From Lama glama (lineage: Eukaryota): a stretch of DNA of 64,000 bases. Positions 24,552-37,984 of the stretch are shown piece after piece. The translations under genes were made by a program, and so were the position numbers. The DNA lies in contig CM052832.1 in assembly GCA_028534125.1 (NCBI GenBank), positions 24,120,001-24,184,000 on the forward strand, given 5' to 3'. The stretch's first letter is position 1. Each line of letters opens with the position of its first letter. The notes beneath the pieces are model-generated. The model was not told the origin of the DNA, did no database searches, and was given only the letters and a program-made list of their open reading frames with translations.

Positions 24552-25000
24552 TTTTTTAAGAGACTTTATGTCTTAGAGCAGTGTTAGCTTCGCAGCAAAA
24601 CTGAGAGGAAGGTACGGAGATTTCTTGTCTACTCCCTGCTCCACACATGCGTAGCCTCGTCCCTCATCAGCATGCATCCCCATGCTAGAGTGATGCATTT
24701 GTTGCAATTGATGAACACATATATTAACACATAAAAGTCACGCACAGTCCATCGTTTGCAGTAGAGTTCATGCTTGGCGTTGTAGATTCTGTGTTTGGAC
24801 AAACATACAGTGACACACAGCCACCATTATAGTATCAGGCAGAGTGGTTTCACTGCCCTGAAAACCCTCCATGGTCTACCTGTTCATCCCTTCCTCCCAC
24901 TCTGGCCCTTGGAAACCACTGATCTTTTTTATTACCTCCAGAGTTTTGCCTTTTCCAGAAGGTCATATACAGAGAATCATACAGCATGTAGCCTACGGGT
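24552..25000 (-). mobile_element. L1MC-like 3'UTR fragment
   Basis: 'ttagagcagtgttagcttcgcagcaaaactgagaggaaggtacggagatttc...tttgttgcaattgatgaac'. Confidence 0.8.
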
Positions 25001-25920
25001 GGACTTCCAAAATGATTGACTTATTTCAAACACCAAACCCACAAAGTCTTTGAGGAGAGGGATTGTCATTTGTCTTCTCATGCATTCGATAAATATGTGT
25101 GGAATGTGTGAGTGAATTCCTAGCAATGACATTTCAATATTATCTTAGCAATCAGAAATAGGCAATGCCTTTGGAAAGAAGGGCCCTCTCTCAAGCCTTG
25201 GTTTATTGTGGTCACCTCATGGAAATGAGTGGTGAGAAGAGTCTGGAATAACTTTTGAGGACTGGGGTGACACTTGTCCAACAAAGTCTTGGACCATCCG
25301 TGGGTCTAAGACACAACGACTCTTGTGGAGACAAGGGCACAAATAGTGACTGCAGCTGCAAATTAGTAACTGTGGTTTATAGCATTTCTACATGATTTCC
25401 TGTGATCTTGTTTATTTATCCTTAGGTTATCTGGGCGGGTGAGGAACAAGAGAATAAAAGGACTGTTTTAACCTTCACAGGAAAATGAACAATTCTTTTC
25501 AAGCACTTCAAAATTTTTCCTGTCCCATAGTGATAAGATACATATACCATTCTTTTCTCTCAAAGAATTGCCTGTTTTCCTTCAGAAAATTGGTTTGCCA
25601 ATTGTATACTCAGGATTAGGGTCAACTTATGTTTTATCTTAGAGTTGTTTGTTATCAGACTCTTGGAAGAGCTAAACATGTCTTTGGTTAGTCAAAGACA
25701 TTTTGCTTTGGTGATGTAAACACAGCAAATTAGAAAAAGCCTTTAATGTTGAAATTATGGGGAGATCAAATATTTAATGTTCAACAGTCAAACAGCAAAG
25801 CAATTAATTTACCAGGGATTTTTATGCAGGATAACTAACCTCCAAGAGCCATCATTTATGACTAAAAAAAAAAGCCTATTATTTCAGATGTCGGTCAGCC
25901 CAGCCAACAAGCTAATTACT

Positions 25921-25924
<4 letters not shown>

Positions 25925-25955
<31 letters not shown>
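25925..25955. repeat. (TG)15 microsatellite
   Basis: Read directly. Confidence 0.97.
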
Positions 25956-25957
<2 letters not shown>

Positions 25958-27414
25958 AAAATTGCCAACCATTTTCCCCTGCAGAATTGAACATTGCAGA
26001 AAACCAATTACACTATTGGAAAAAAATTTTTTTAAATTTTTTTGCTTATACTTGAGCAAATTTTTCTGACTTCTCCTTCACTGGCTTCTGTGCGTGTGTT
26101 TTGCTTGTTGATTTTGGAGAGGGTAAGAGGTGGGAGGACAGGGTCTGTGTCACCCTAGTTCATCTGTAAAGGAAAAGGGGGTTGTGGGTGGCTTTGGAGG
26201 GAGGGTGGGGCAAAGCCGAACTGCTGAGCAAATAAAGAAGAAATAAAGCCTTCCTGCTTCCTGTTGGCAGTAAAAGATTAATACAATGTTGAAAAGGTGA
26301 AAAATGATTATTCTCATCTTATACTTTCTCAGTCCCACTGTAAAATCTGTATGGACCGATAATCTCCAGAGGTTTTGCCCGGCAGGGGAGTGAAGCTTTA
26401 GGGCAGCAGGGTGAGGGGTTGGAAGTTGCAGACAGTCATTTAATTGGGTGGTTAGGAGGTCGGCCCTTCTCTGTGCCCGTGACCTGTTCGTCTTCCTGTG
26501 AACACACATGTTTTTCTTCCTATATCCCTTCTTCCTCCTCCTTCTCTCAGCCTGTTCTTCTGCATTATCTCATTTCCTTGGAAAATAGGTCCTTGAAGCA
26601 TGTTTCTATTTTTGCATTTATTAATCAAAGTTGTATTGTTTTTTTTTTCTCCAAAATTTTTAAAGAGTAAATATCTTCTATATCTTTCACCCTGGTCTCT
26701 CTCCCCATGCCTGCCTCACCCCCAATAGGTGGGTTATTGGGTGCTTCCTTTATTTGTAGCTTTGTACACTAATTTAGTGATTCTTAACAGGAAAAAAAAA
26801 ATTCCCTAACCCTGTCCAAGAAATACTGGTGGAGAAAAGGAAAATGTGTGAGAAGTGTTACATTGGAATACCTCTCTTTGCTGTTTAATTTATTTGTTTA
26901 TTCCCCGCCTTTATGCCAGAAATTAAGGCTTGCTCACAAAAATAGAAATAATTGGGAAAGATAAACTAAATTAAAAGCAGGTCAGACATTGAGTACAAGG
27001 GAAAATAAAGATGGAAAGTTAAACAGAACCAGGAACAACTCATGTTTTAAACTTGCACAGATTGGCTCCTCTGCTCATTTTGGCTGACCGGATTTATTCA
27101 AAGAGATTGTTTTAGCAAAGTCTTTTTTGTGGAGGTAGTGGGGGAAGTCTTTGGAGAAAAGATTGTCTGGATTTCTCTCTGGTTTTCTGTTTAGTTGTAT
27201 CACAGAAGTGAAAGAAGTGGTTATCTCTGCTGGGAGAAGGCTCATCAAACACAAAGTGAAGAATTAGGGGCAGATATGGGGTCAGAATCGGGAGAAGATG
27301 AAGAGCTCGCTGTCTTCTGTTGTCCAGATCGAGTTTGCATGACTCGTTCGGTTCTAGGAGACCGTTCAGGACGTGCATTCATTTAGTCACTAATTTTTTT
27401 CATTTATCTCTATC

Positions 27415-27625
27415 TGGATTTCTCAACCTCAGCACTCAAGGCATTTTAGCTGAATGATTCTTTGCTGTAAGGGAATGCCTTGTGCATTGTAGGATGTTCA
27501 GCAGCATCCCTGGCCTCTGTGGACTAGATGCCATAGCTCCCCTGAGGTGTGATGAGTAAAAATGTCTCTGGAAGTCACCCAAAGTACCCTGGGTGGCAAA
27601 ATCGCCCCTTGTTGAGAACTACTGA
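27415..27625 (-). mobile_element. MER20 (hAT-Charlie)
   Basis: 'tttctcaacctcagcact...gtgcattgtaggatgttcagcagcatccctggcctct...aaaatcgccccttgttgagaactactg'. Confidence 0.88.
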
Positions 27626-27709
27626 CCTAAATGTATTCAAACATTCATACCAGGCATCCTGTGAATTGGAGAGATAAGTGTTCTTCCTTCAGGGATCTTG
27701 AAGTCTTTA

Positions 27710-27850
27710 TCTGCGAAATGAAATGCATGAATTTGGACATTGAGCGAAGGAAAGAAAGAATTCAGTTGCTGTGAAGATCAAGTGAGAAGACTCACAAGAA
27801 GTGTTCAGGGCAGCCCTTAGCACGTGATAATGTTCCATAAGTTTACCATT
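27710..27850 (+). mobile_element. MIR fragment
   Basis: 'gttgctgtgaagatcaagtgagaaga...cccttagcacgtgataatgttccataag'. Confidence 0.5.
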
Positions 27851-27925
27851 AAACTGTTAATTTTTATTATTACCATGGTTATTATCAGCATTTATTTAAA
27901 ACATTATGGTTTTCAACATTATTTT

Positions 27926-28007
27926 TTTAATGGAGGTACTAGGGATTGAACCCAGGACCTCATGCATGCTAAGCATGCACTCTACCACTAAGCTATACCC
28001 AGCCCCC
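27926..28007 (-). mobile_element. tRNA-Ala-derived SINE (camelid Vic-1-like)
   Basis: Minus strand reads gggggctgggtatagcttagtggtagagtgcatgcttagcatgcatgaggtcctgggttcaatccctagtacctcc; TSD ttttcaacattatttt / ttttcaatgttatttt. Confidence 0.88.
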
Positions 28008-29964
28008 TTTTCAATGTTATTTTTAACTGCTCTCTCTCTCTTTCTCCATCATCATAACTGAAAGGGTCGTTGTTGGTTTTGCTCCTGTTGTATAGATGAA
28101 GAAAGGGAGGCTCAGAGAAGAGATGTAGCCCATTGATAGCTGGGTAAATAGCAGGTTCAAAAATCGGTCTAGTCAAATCCAACTTTTCTCACTTTCTCTG
28201 TATTGTCTGCTGAAAAGAGAAGAACCAGCAGAACAGAGCCACAGAGTGGCACATCCACAGTGGGTATGACTGGGTCCAACTATAGATGCCTGTCTCTTCC
28301 TTTCCAGACACAACTACTCCTAGACCACTATGTTATACTGTTAGAAAACCAAAACCAAAACCCAACTTGACACATTTATATTTTTTTCTGAAACAATCTA
28401 GTACTCACATAAGCCTGTGGATCCAATTCCGACCTCTGTTCAAAGAAGCTTCATTAGCAGAGATGCTGTGTTTTAAAATCCATCTTCCCTTTGTGTGCTT
28501 GTGATAGGGGCAATTCAGAGCCAAGAGTTTCCTATCCTGTGTCACAAGCACTCAGTCTTTTCCAAGAAAACTTTTGGCTCACTACAACTATGTCACTACA
28601 TTTCTAAGATCCTCCATTCAAGGTATTGCCAAGTTTGCTTATGCTGGTTTCTGCATGAGAGAGAGATTTACTGGGCATACTGCTTGTATGCCCCTGTGAC
28701 GACTTGTTCCCACGCAGTACAGCTTCCACCAAGTGCAGTTGTAATGCGAGACCCTTGACTGCCAAAGCTGAATTCTCAACATTGAGAATTACCAGGGATG
28801 GCCGACAAAGAAGCAAGCGATTCTACTAGAAGGTTGAGGAATAGAAATTACGAAGTAAAGGACTCCTTCTTGTTCCATGAAGATGTGACAGAGTTAGATT
28901 TGTTCTGAATGTCAAATTCGGATTTGGGAAAATATTGACCTTTACTATCAGAGAATCAACAGACATTTCCCTGAGACAGTTAGCGGCTCTCCCCTGCCCT
29001 CCCCTTACTTTATTACCACCACTCCGCCTTGCTCCACCTACACATACAGACCGAGAAAACATTTACAGCCTGTGAATAGTTCAACAGTGTGGTTTTAAAA
29101 GATACATCGAATTTATTCTAGATGTTGTCCTTCTGATGTGGATAATGTTACATGATGGAATAAATACCTCTAAAGAACTATTCTTATTAATACATTGGTA
29201 GATAAAATGTAAGAATAAGACACCACTCCTGTTCTCAGAAAGGGAATCATATTATAATGATAAGATTTCTCCTGGGAGAAGGACCTCTTCTACCTAGAAG
29301 AAAAAACATATTTTTTTTCCTGTTTAAAAAATTAAGTGAAGGATTAGAAAGGAAAATTAAAATGAAAGAGAATCAAATAAACTAACATATCACTTGAAGC
29401 CTTTAATTTAGAAAACCTGGGAGATATTCCTTGCTAACTTAAAATTCACTGGATAATAGAACACTGCACATTAATTACAAATTTGTGTCATACTGTACAC
29501 TCTACATGCACATGGATTGTGTGTCTAGCAATCATCTACTTGGTACTTCTGAGCACAATCCTAAATCTGTTTGCATCCTGTTCAAGAAGTTTCAAAAAAA
29601 AATTTTTTTTCATTGTTCCTGGGCTCCAAGTGGTAGAAAGGGGAATGACAGGTCCAGGATTTACTGATCCTCTATCACCATTCGAAAGCTTAAGCATTTG
29701 CACATGTGGAAGCAAGAAGTCACTGAAGGTTTCTAGACAAAAAAAAAATGCTTTCTGCTCGTGACACTGCTCACATGTTATTGTAACTTGGGCTGCCTAG
29801 AAAAAGCTACATCTTAATGATCTATCCCCATGAACATTCAGATGAATTGGACAAACTTTCAAAAAAGGCAAAACTGTATCTGAACCATTTCAATCACAAC
29901 CAAGGGCCCCATTGCGTGTTTTGGGGTCTGGTTGTTATAACTTTAAAAGCACTAGAAAGAAATG

Positions 29965-30320
29965 TTGGGTGAGTCACTAAATCTGTCTGAATTTCAAATT
30001 TCTTGCCTGTAAGATGGGAGTGGTGCTAATACCCATTGTTTATTGAATACTGGCCACATTCCAGGCTCTCTGTTCTGTGCTTTACGTTCATTTTCTCACT
30101 TAATCCTTTCAGCAACCCTTTAATGTAGGTTTTACTTTTATCCCATTTCCCGGATGCAAAACTGAGGTTTGGCGGTGAAACAAACTGTTGAAGATCACAT
30201 GATTAATGAACGTCCTAGTAAGAATTCAAGACCAGGTACCACACGTTCCAGAGTATGAATCCTTAACCATATTCAATAAAGTTAAATAACCCTTAACATA
30301 TCCAACAGAGTGTCTGGCAA
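29965..30320. mobile_element. Two MIRs (antisense copy inside or next to a sense copy)
   Basis: Sense core 'tttcttgcctgtaagatgggag' followed by antisense 'tatcccatttcccggatgcaaaactgagg'. Confidence 0.65.
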
Positions 30321-30384
30321 AGATGGCAGTAAACCATGGCTGTGGATTTAAAGATAAAATCTGCCCTTAGGTATCTTTGCTTAT

Positions 30385-30548
30385 GACAGAAGTTCTCAAC
30401 TTTGTTGTATATTCAAATCACAAGGGCTATCTTAAAACAAACCCTTTGCTCGTATTTCATCCCATACAAACTGAAGCAGATTCTTTGGGGCGGAGACCTA
30501 GGCATGGGTTTTACTTTGTGTTTTTAAAGCTTTTGGGGTTCTGATTCC
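30385..30548. mobile_element. MER5-family hAT MITE
   Basis: 'agttctcaactttgttgtatattcaaatcac...gcagattctttggggcggagacctaggcat...ttttaaagct'. Confidence 0.7.
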
Positions 30549-30549
30549 C

Positions 30550-33510
30550 AGTAAGATGGAGAAGCACATGCCACCCCATCTCTCCCACTGAATGCAATTA
30601 TAAAACTTGAACAGATTGCATGGAGCAGCTATTTGAGGGTTCTGAAAAGTAAAAAGTAATAAGAAAAAAAAAGCAGGTGGATTGGGGGAGAACATCAGAA
30701 TTCTCAGTCCCACTAAACCATCAATGAGTTTATCTTTTTTTTTTTTTGACTTGAACTCAAGGCATCCTGAAACCCAGAAGTGACCGTTGTCACAGAGAGA
30801 AAGATCACTCTTTAGTTCCAGCACAAGAAGAAGAAAAGTGGTCAGATTCTGTTTTTATAGTTTTTTCTCTTGCTCCCCTAGTCCCAGTGGCCAATAGGCA
30901 TGTAGAAGTCTGAGACGAGAGGAACTGTGGTCCCAGGAGGGTGAGGGGAACCCTGCTACTTATTTCACTCTCTCTGTCCTCTCACTTCTTGGCTCTGGGT
31001 ACAGGCATATTGAATTCCATGGCAAAGTGAACAAATAAAGCCCCAGAAGATCAAAAAGAGGAGCCTCTAGGGCCTGGACTATATTGTGGAGATGGCAGAG
31101 AGGGACAAACTCGAGGAAGCGACCCATACAAGTGTTTGTGGACTTCGAGTCCCATGAACTGTTCACATATAGGTTTGGTCCTAACCAGCACCTCATAGGC
31201 TTTGAGAGCTGACCTGTGGGGTGGATTCCTGCCCAGGGCCTAGAATGGCCATGGGAGGGTGCAAATGCAGGACTGATCTCAACAGCAGTGCAAGACTTTG
31301 AGAATGAAACAGACATCGAAACTCCTGAAGGCTGTCCAGGACTTGTGGCCTGAATCCAACCAGCTTGTTTGGCTGGTAAAATAAATACTTCAATTTTCTC
31401 CACAGATTTAAATAAGACTCTGAGTCTCATAACATAATAAAAAATGAAGAAACAGGAGAATCTCAACTTGTATGGAAAAAGGCAATCGACAGATGTCAAC
31501 ACCAAGATGATACAGATACTGGAATTATTTGACAAAGACCTGAAAGCAGCTATTACAGATAGGCTCCAAGAATTAAGAATAAATCCTCTTAAAATGGCTG
31601 GAAGGGTAGAATGATAGATTTCTTATTAAATAAATAGAAATTATAAAGAGGAACCAAATAAAAAATTTTAGACTGAAAAAATAGAATAACCAAAATAAAA
31701 AATAGAATAACCAAAATAAAAGCTCGTTAGAGGAGTTCAAAAGCAGAACGAAAATGACAAAGGACAGAGTCAGGAAATTTAAGATCTATCAATGGAAATT
31801 ATTCAATCTGAACAGCTGAGTGAAAAAAAATTGAAAAAAAACCACAAACAGAGCCTTAGGGACCTATATGATAATACCAAAATGTCTAATATTCATGTTG
31901 TTGGAGTCCCAGAAGAAGAGGAGAAAGTGAAGAGTACAAAAAAAATAACTGGAAGAAACAATTGCCGAAAATCTCCTGAATTTTGTGAAAGACATCAACC
32001 TACAGATTCAAGAAGCTCAGAGAACTCCAAAGGGGTGGGGGGACCCCCAGAGAAATTCGTGCCAAGACACGTGATAATCAGACTGCTAAAAACTAAAGTA
32101 TTAAAAGCAGCCCAAGGAATGTTTCAATTGACTGGACCTCTCATCAGAAACCATGAAAGCAGAAGGAAGTGGCATGACATTTTTAAAATGACTGAATTTC
32201 TCATCAAAAACCGTGGAGGCCAGAAGGAAGCATGGTACAATATTTTTTTTAAGTGCTCAAAGAAAAGAACTATTGGTGCAGAATTCTATGTTCAGCAAAA
32301 AAAAAAAAAAAATCTTGAGAAATGAAGGAAAACTTAAAGTAGCCTCAGAAGGAAAACTAAGAAAATTCTTAACCAGCAGTCCAACTGGGAAAAAAAAAAC
32401 ACACACACAAAACAAAACAAACTGCTTTTTAAAAGTTCAGACAGAGATTTGTAAAATTTCAGATGCAAATTTGTAATATGAAAAATGAAGGAAGAACCAT
32501 AGAAACGTTAGCTATATAGGGAAATGTAGTAGATTACTCTCCTTTCATTCTTTAAAATACGTGGAATGATTGAAAGCAAAAATTGTAACAGTGTCTGGGT
32601 TTTCAAAATATAGATAGAATACATATGACAGCTGCAACATTAATGGAAGAGAGCAAAGGAATCTGAACGGCGGTAAAGTTTCTACATTTCACTTCAAGTG
32701 GTAAAATATCGACCCTATGTAGACTGTAAAAAGTTAAGTATGTTTATTGTCAGCTCTAGAGAAACTGCTGGGAGAGAAAAACAAAAACAAAAAAACAAAA
32801 AATCTATGCTGATATAGCCAAAAGCACAATAGAAAAATTTTAATGGAATACTAAAAAACATTCAAATAATCCCAGTGAAGGCAGGGATGGGGAATTAGAG
32901 GGATGAAAAGAGAGGCATCAAAGAGAAAACAAACAGTAATATGTAGACTTAAATTTAAACCCAACAATAGTTACCTTAAATAAAAATAATGTAAGCACCC
33001 CAATGAAAAGACTGAGATTGTTAGATTAAAAACAAAAAATCCACAACCCATCTGTATGCAGTCTACAAGAAGCTCACTTTGAATACAGTGAGAAAGGTAG
33101 GTTTAAAGTAAATGATGAGAAAAGATAAATTAGGCAAAAGCTAATCAAAAGAAAGCTAAGTAGCTGTATTAATAATCAGACAAAGTAGACTTCAGAGAAA
33201 AGAAAACTGTTAAGGATAAAAAGGAACTTAAAAAACATTTTTTTTAAAAGGAGCTTTAGTTAATGATGGAAGGATCCATTCACCAAGAAGACATCGTAGT
33301 CCTGAATGTGTATGCACCTTACAACAGGTTGCAAAATACACAGAGCAAAACCTGGCAGTCCCGACAGGAGAAACAGATACATCCACAGTCACAGTTGGGG
33401 ATTTCAGTGTACCCGTCAGTAACTGATAAAGCCAATAGAGGGAAAAAAAAAAATTAGCAAGGGGAAGTTGGAGAAAACTCAACAGATTAATATTAAAATG
33501 AGGAATGGAA
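30550..33510 (+). mobile_element. Old L1M 5' half: 5'UTR, ORF1, inter-ORF region and ORF2 endonuclease remnant
   Basis: ORF1 peptides MEIIQSEQ..SLRDLYDNTKMSNIHVVGVPEEEEK and PRHVIIRLLKTK; ORF2 GSIHQEDIVVLNVYAPYN; many frameshifts. Confidence 0.9.
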
Positions 33511-34869
33511 GAAGAAAGACATTTGGAATGCAGCAAACAAATATCACCTACCTCACAGTTTGTCTTATACATGTACCTCAGTTATAAAAGTGAAAATCCA
33601 TGTCTTGCTTTCACAAGAGAACCTTTTACACAAACCGCAAGCGTCCCTCTAAAAGCATTTCCATTTGTTTCTCCAAAATTCGATTGACCTTAGGCAAGTC
33701 CTTTCTCCCTTCTGGGCCTCCTTTTCCTCGTCTGCAAAGTGAGGGGATCGGGGCCGCCCCCAATCACCCCACCCTCCCTCCCACATGGTCAGACCCAATC
33801 CAAGGCTTCTTCCAGCACTGTGATTTTCCCTGTGTTTTTATTTCCTGTGACTTTTTTTCCCCCTAGGCTGGTGTTTTCAAATCATGCTGTACTGATGGAT
33901 ATCTTTCCATCTCCTTGTTGTTTAAATTGCAAAGAAAGTATTAAAGATAAGACAGGGTGGGGACCTGACTCACTGTCACTCAACCAAAAGGCTGTGGTCT
34001 GGAAATCTCCCCTCAGACACAAACATTTTGAAACAAAGGTGGAAACCAATATGGAAAAAACAAAAGTAGAACAAGTTCCAGCCAAACATATTGCTTTATT
34101 TTCTGCTGAAATCTTTTTTCCCCCTGTCATGTAGAAACAGCTTAGGTAATATTTCACGAAATATTACTTATGTGTAATGAGAAACATGATTCTATTGCAT
34201 TTGGAAAGTTACGCGTTCCAAACAAAACCTGACAACAGTTCCAAGTTTGATAATATGAGAAGAAACCGAATGAATTAAAAGGTAAACCACGTTTTTCTCA
34301 GCTTCCTGATGGGTTGTGTCCAAACAACTTGAACAGTTGCAAAATATTATTCAGGTAATTTCCAGGCATTCTGCTTTTATCATTTGCATCTGAGCAAAGC
34401 TTAGTGAGCATGTACTATACTGTTTTAGCTCTAGACCCTTTCCTTGGAAGGCACAGAGATGTGACAGACAGGGTCTCTATTTTCTTACTGGGAGAACTTC
34501 TTACTGGATGATGAATTCCAGGAGGGCAGAAAGTACATACATTTTATCACTGTAGCCAATTCCTGGCACAGTCCTACAAATGGAGTGCTCCTTACTTAGT
34601 AGGTGATACAAGAATTTGATTACAAAGCTAATCTTATTTAACTCCTTACTGAGAGGATGCATTTCTAGACACAAATGGACTATATGTATATATACATACA
34701 CAAATATGTAAAATGTAGCAAATACACAGTTTATTTGTTATATGTACATATATAACAAACAACAAACAGATTTTTTAGTTGGTTTTTACCCAAAGAGACT
34801 CACTCCCCACAAAACAACAGGATTGATGACTTTTTTCATTCTCATTGGCTGTTTGTCTGAGTTTAGTGT

Positions 34870-35000
34870 TTCTAAAACCAATCACACAGAGATCTTCTTA
34901 AAATGCAGAGTCCGTTTCAGCAAGTCTGGGGCAAGACCTGGGATTTGCATTTCTTACAAACTTCCACCGACTGTGGTCCCTGGGACCCACCTCAAGTGGG
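34870..35000. mobile_element. MER5A-like MITE
   Basis: 'cttcttaaaatgcagagtcc...gtctggggcaagacctgggatttgcatttcttacaaac'. Confidence 0.65.
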
Positions 35001-36394
35001 GAGACAGAGCGTGCAGTGCCGAGTATGAGTGGTGTGAAGGTCCGTGGTGGGGGGCAGTTATAATGACTGCATCATGTGGCCATAATTGGGCACTAAACAC
35101 AGAATTTTTACGGGGCAATGACTGTAGAGATTATTTGAGAGAGATGGACCCTTAGATACAAAAAGATTAAAAGTGATCTTCCTCAAGCCCTGCATCCAGC
35201 TGTGGCTGTGTTCCCACTGGGGCTGGGCCTTGAAACTCCTGATTTTAAACCTCCTGCTCCCACAAGTTAATGTTTCTAATTTGGTTTAAAAAAAAAAAGA
35301 ATTTTAAGAACAGTCACTTAGGTATCTATGGGAGGAAGAGCCTTTCCAGCTGAGATCAGGGATGTGGCTAAGCTGGTAGCCTGTGTATGAATGAGTCTTG
35401 GGTCTTGTATAGCAGAGCTGAACTCCTTTCTTTCTGTGGATCACTGCCCAGGTGGCCTATGTCTGGTTCCTGCAATAGGAGAAGGAAGGAGGGGAATCTG
35501 GGGAACAGAAGAAGCACAGTGCTCAGAGTATCCCAGAAGATAACCTCTGATTCGGGGTAGTGTCTCACCCCAGCAGCCCGGCTGGTGGCTGTGAGTGTTT
35601 GCAAGGCAGGCTAGTTCAAGTCCGTGCTGCTGGGCCCTGAGCCTGAATTTTTAGGCTCACTTGGACAGTCTGACTTCTCTACTTCTGATTTGGACAATGT
35701 CTGATGGCCTGTCCTGATTTTGCAACACTAGGAAAGGCTACTTCCTGCATAACACCTAAGAAACTCTTCTTAGCTGGCTTTGTCTTGATCAGACTGGCCC
35801 ACGTGGAGGAAAGTGAACGTGTACGTAGGAGAGAGGGCAGCCATTGAAAATGTAAATAAAATCCACAGTTTCTAAGTTGCCTGGAAGTCCCTAGCATTTT
35901 TCATTGTGCATTCCTTTGGAGATTGTCTCCAAGGGGAAACTCTCCTGCTAACCAAGTCCAAGGGCACCTGCAGAATCTTAAGTCTGTCTGCAACATGTCC
36001 ATCGTAATCAGATGATGAGCTGGGTGTGCTGGCTCCTCTGGGTGGGGGTGGGGGAGCGTTGCATAGACAAGAAACGCCAGTCACAGTGAGTGCTTTACAG
36101 TGAAGGGAGCTGCTGGTCTGGCATCATTGCTAAATGCTGGAGAGTCTCAGGAGTCTCAGAGTGCCGGGAGTCTTCTTACAGTGAGAATCACAGGCCTTCT
36201 TATAATAGAAAGCTTGTAATAAATTAGGATCAACACGGTCAGGACATCCCCTTCTGAGAAACCGAGTCCTTTTCCGGGGACTTTCTCTCTGTAAACTCTC
36301 CCCACCTTCCCACACTTCACAACCTTGAACTTTTCATTGGAAAGAGACAAAACAAACGCAGCAAGATAAGCAGGAATCTTCAGGGTACAGTGGA

Positions 36395-36530
36395 AAGCAC
36401 AGAGGAGTAGATACAGTGTCGGAGTTTTGACTACATCAGTCATCGGCTGTGTGACCTTTAGCAAGTTGCTTAACTTCTCTTACATTCCAATTTCTGGTTA
36501 TAAAATAAAGACGTTGGACTGGATGATTTC
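36395..36530 (+). mobile_element. MIR fragment
   Basis: 'gctgtgtgacctttagcaagttgcttaacttctct'. Confidence 0.65.
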
Positions 36531-37984
36531 AAAACAGTTTTTTTAGCCCCAAATACTTAGGCTTCTACACCTTCATTTCTTTCTAGAGCTCATAAACCAT
36601 CCACAGGACTCTGATTTATTGAGACAAAAACTCATTTCTGAGACCAGTGTCCTATTTAGTTTGACATTAGAATTCACTTTTTAAAAAAACAAGATTACCT
36701 GGGTGATTGAAACACATATTAAATCCCTGCCAAAGTCAAGGGGAGATCATCGCTCAGCCCATTATTAATTTTAGACTAATCAGCTTGGCAGTTTGTGGTT
36801 GATAGCCCATTTCCGTGTCATTTTCCAGTCTCTGAAGCAGGCTTCTCCTTTCCGTGTCTTGAGATTCATCTGAGACCACTTTGATGCTCTCGGGTGGATC
36901 TTTAGTCAGTACGCACCCCTCCGATCCCTACCCCAGCTGAGGAGATTCTGACACAGAGACACAAAACCCCACCGGTTAATAACGAAACACTGAGTTTCAC
37001 AGGAAGTAGATCTCGCTTTGTTTTAATAAAAACAGTCTTCGAGCACATACACATGCACCAACCACACATGGAAAAAATGTGTCATTTGTACCTTTGCCTG
37101 GAGGAAAATGTTGATATTGTACCATAGTTAATAGAAGTGAAATCAACATTAAATCTCTAAATGACTTTTCTCTGCAAGTAGGAGAGGCACAGAGTTTCGT
37201 GCTCAGAGGAGGAAGGCAGAAGAAAGCTGATCTGAAGTGACTTGGCATTTTGATTCACCAAGAACCGGAGTGCTGGGAGTTGGGTCTTAGGAAATGGAAG
37301 GGCAGGATCCCAACTGCCTGAAAGCGATTACAAGAGAGATAATGGACAATTACATCAGAGCTAACTCAGACCTGCCACGAGGCTCAGTCGCTCTTCATTA
37401 ATAATGGCAAGTCTGGCAAAAAATGAAATAGATGAGTGAGAGGCCTTGACTAAGCACACACACACTTCAACGCACACGCTGCCAAACAAGTCTGCATGTG
37501 GCATGTTGTAACTTTACTACTCAGAATCATAAAAGAGCTGGGCAGGATTCCCAGAACATTGCTAACTTTTCTTTCTTCTGTGGTCCACATATTATAATTG
37601 TATGATTTTTTTTTTCCAAAGCCATTTTCAACTCTAGAGATAGACTATGCAGTGCACATGTTACCCAAGTTTAGACCTGGCTGTCAGCCTGCTGAGTTCT
37701 GCCCCGGCATTGAGCTCCTCTGGAGACAGTGGTGGCTTACAGGCAACCGGCCTCCGCCAGAGAGGAAATGATCCTAGCACAGTGACTTGAATCAGGCCTC
37801 TTGGTGAGGGATTGATGAGCTAAAGGCTTCTTCCGCCCAGCCCCCCTCACTCTTGGCAGGTGATCTCAGCAGGTTGTAAGATGTCAGACAACTCAGCTTT
37901 CTTTCTCTTCACCCACAAAGTTCTGGGAATCATCCATCCTCACCTCCCTTCCTCCAGCTCAGAGAAAAAAGCATCCTTCTTCTC

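Noticed and set aside
25426..25438. 13-nt microexon (ttag|gttatctgggcgg|gtgagg)
   Set aside because: Signals are moderate and expected by chance in 64 kb
27195..27386. Acidic 63-aa ORF (SEELGADMGSESGEDEE)
   Set aside because: Non-ATG start, no recognisable homology and no convincing donor
27930..28005. tRNA-Ala(AGC) gene (also 5925-5998)
   Set aside because: Both copies have TSDs, A-rich tails and mismatched acceptor stems, so they are SINEs
30960..32476. 191-aa and 177-aa ORFs as host genes
   Set aside because: Antisense and sense frames of a decayed L1 5'UTR/ORF1
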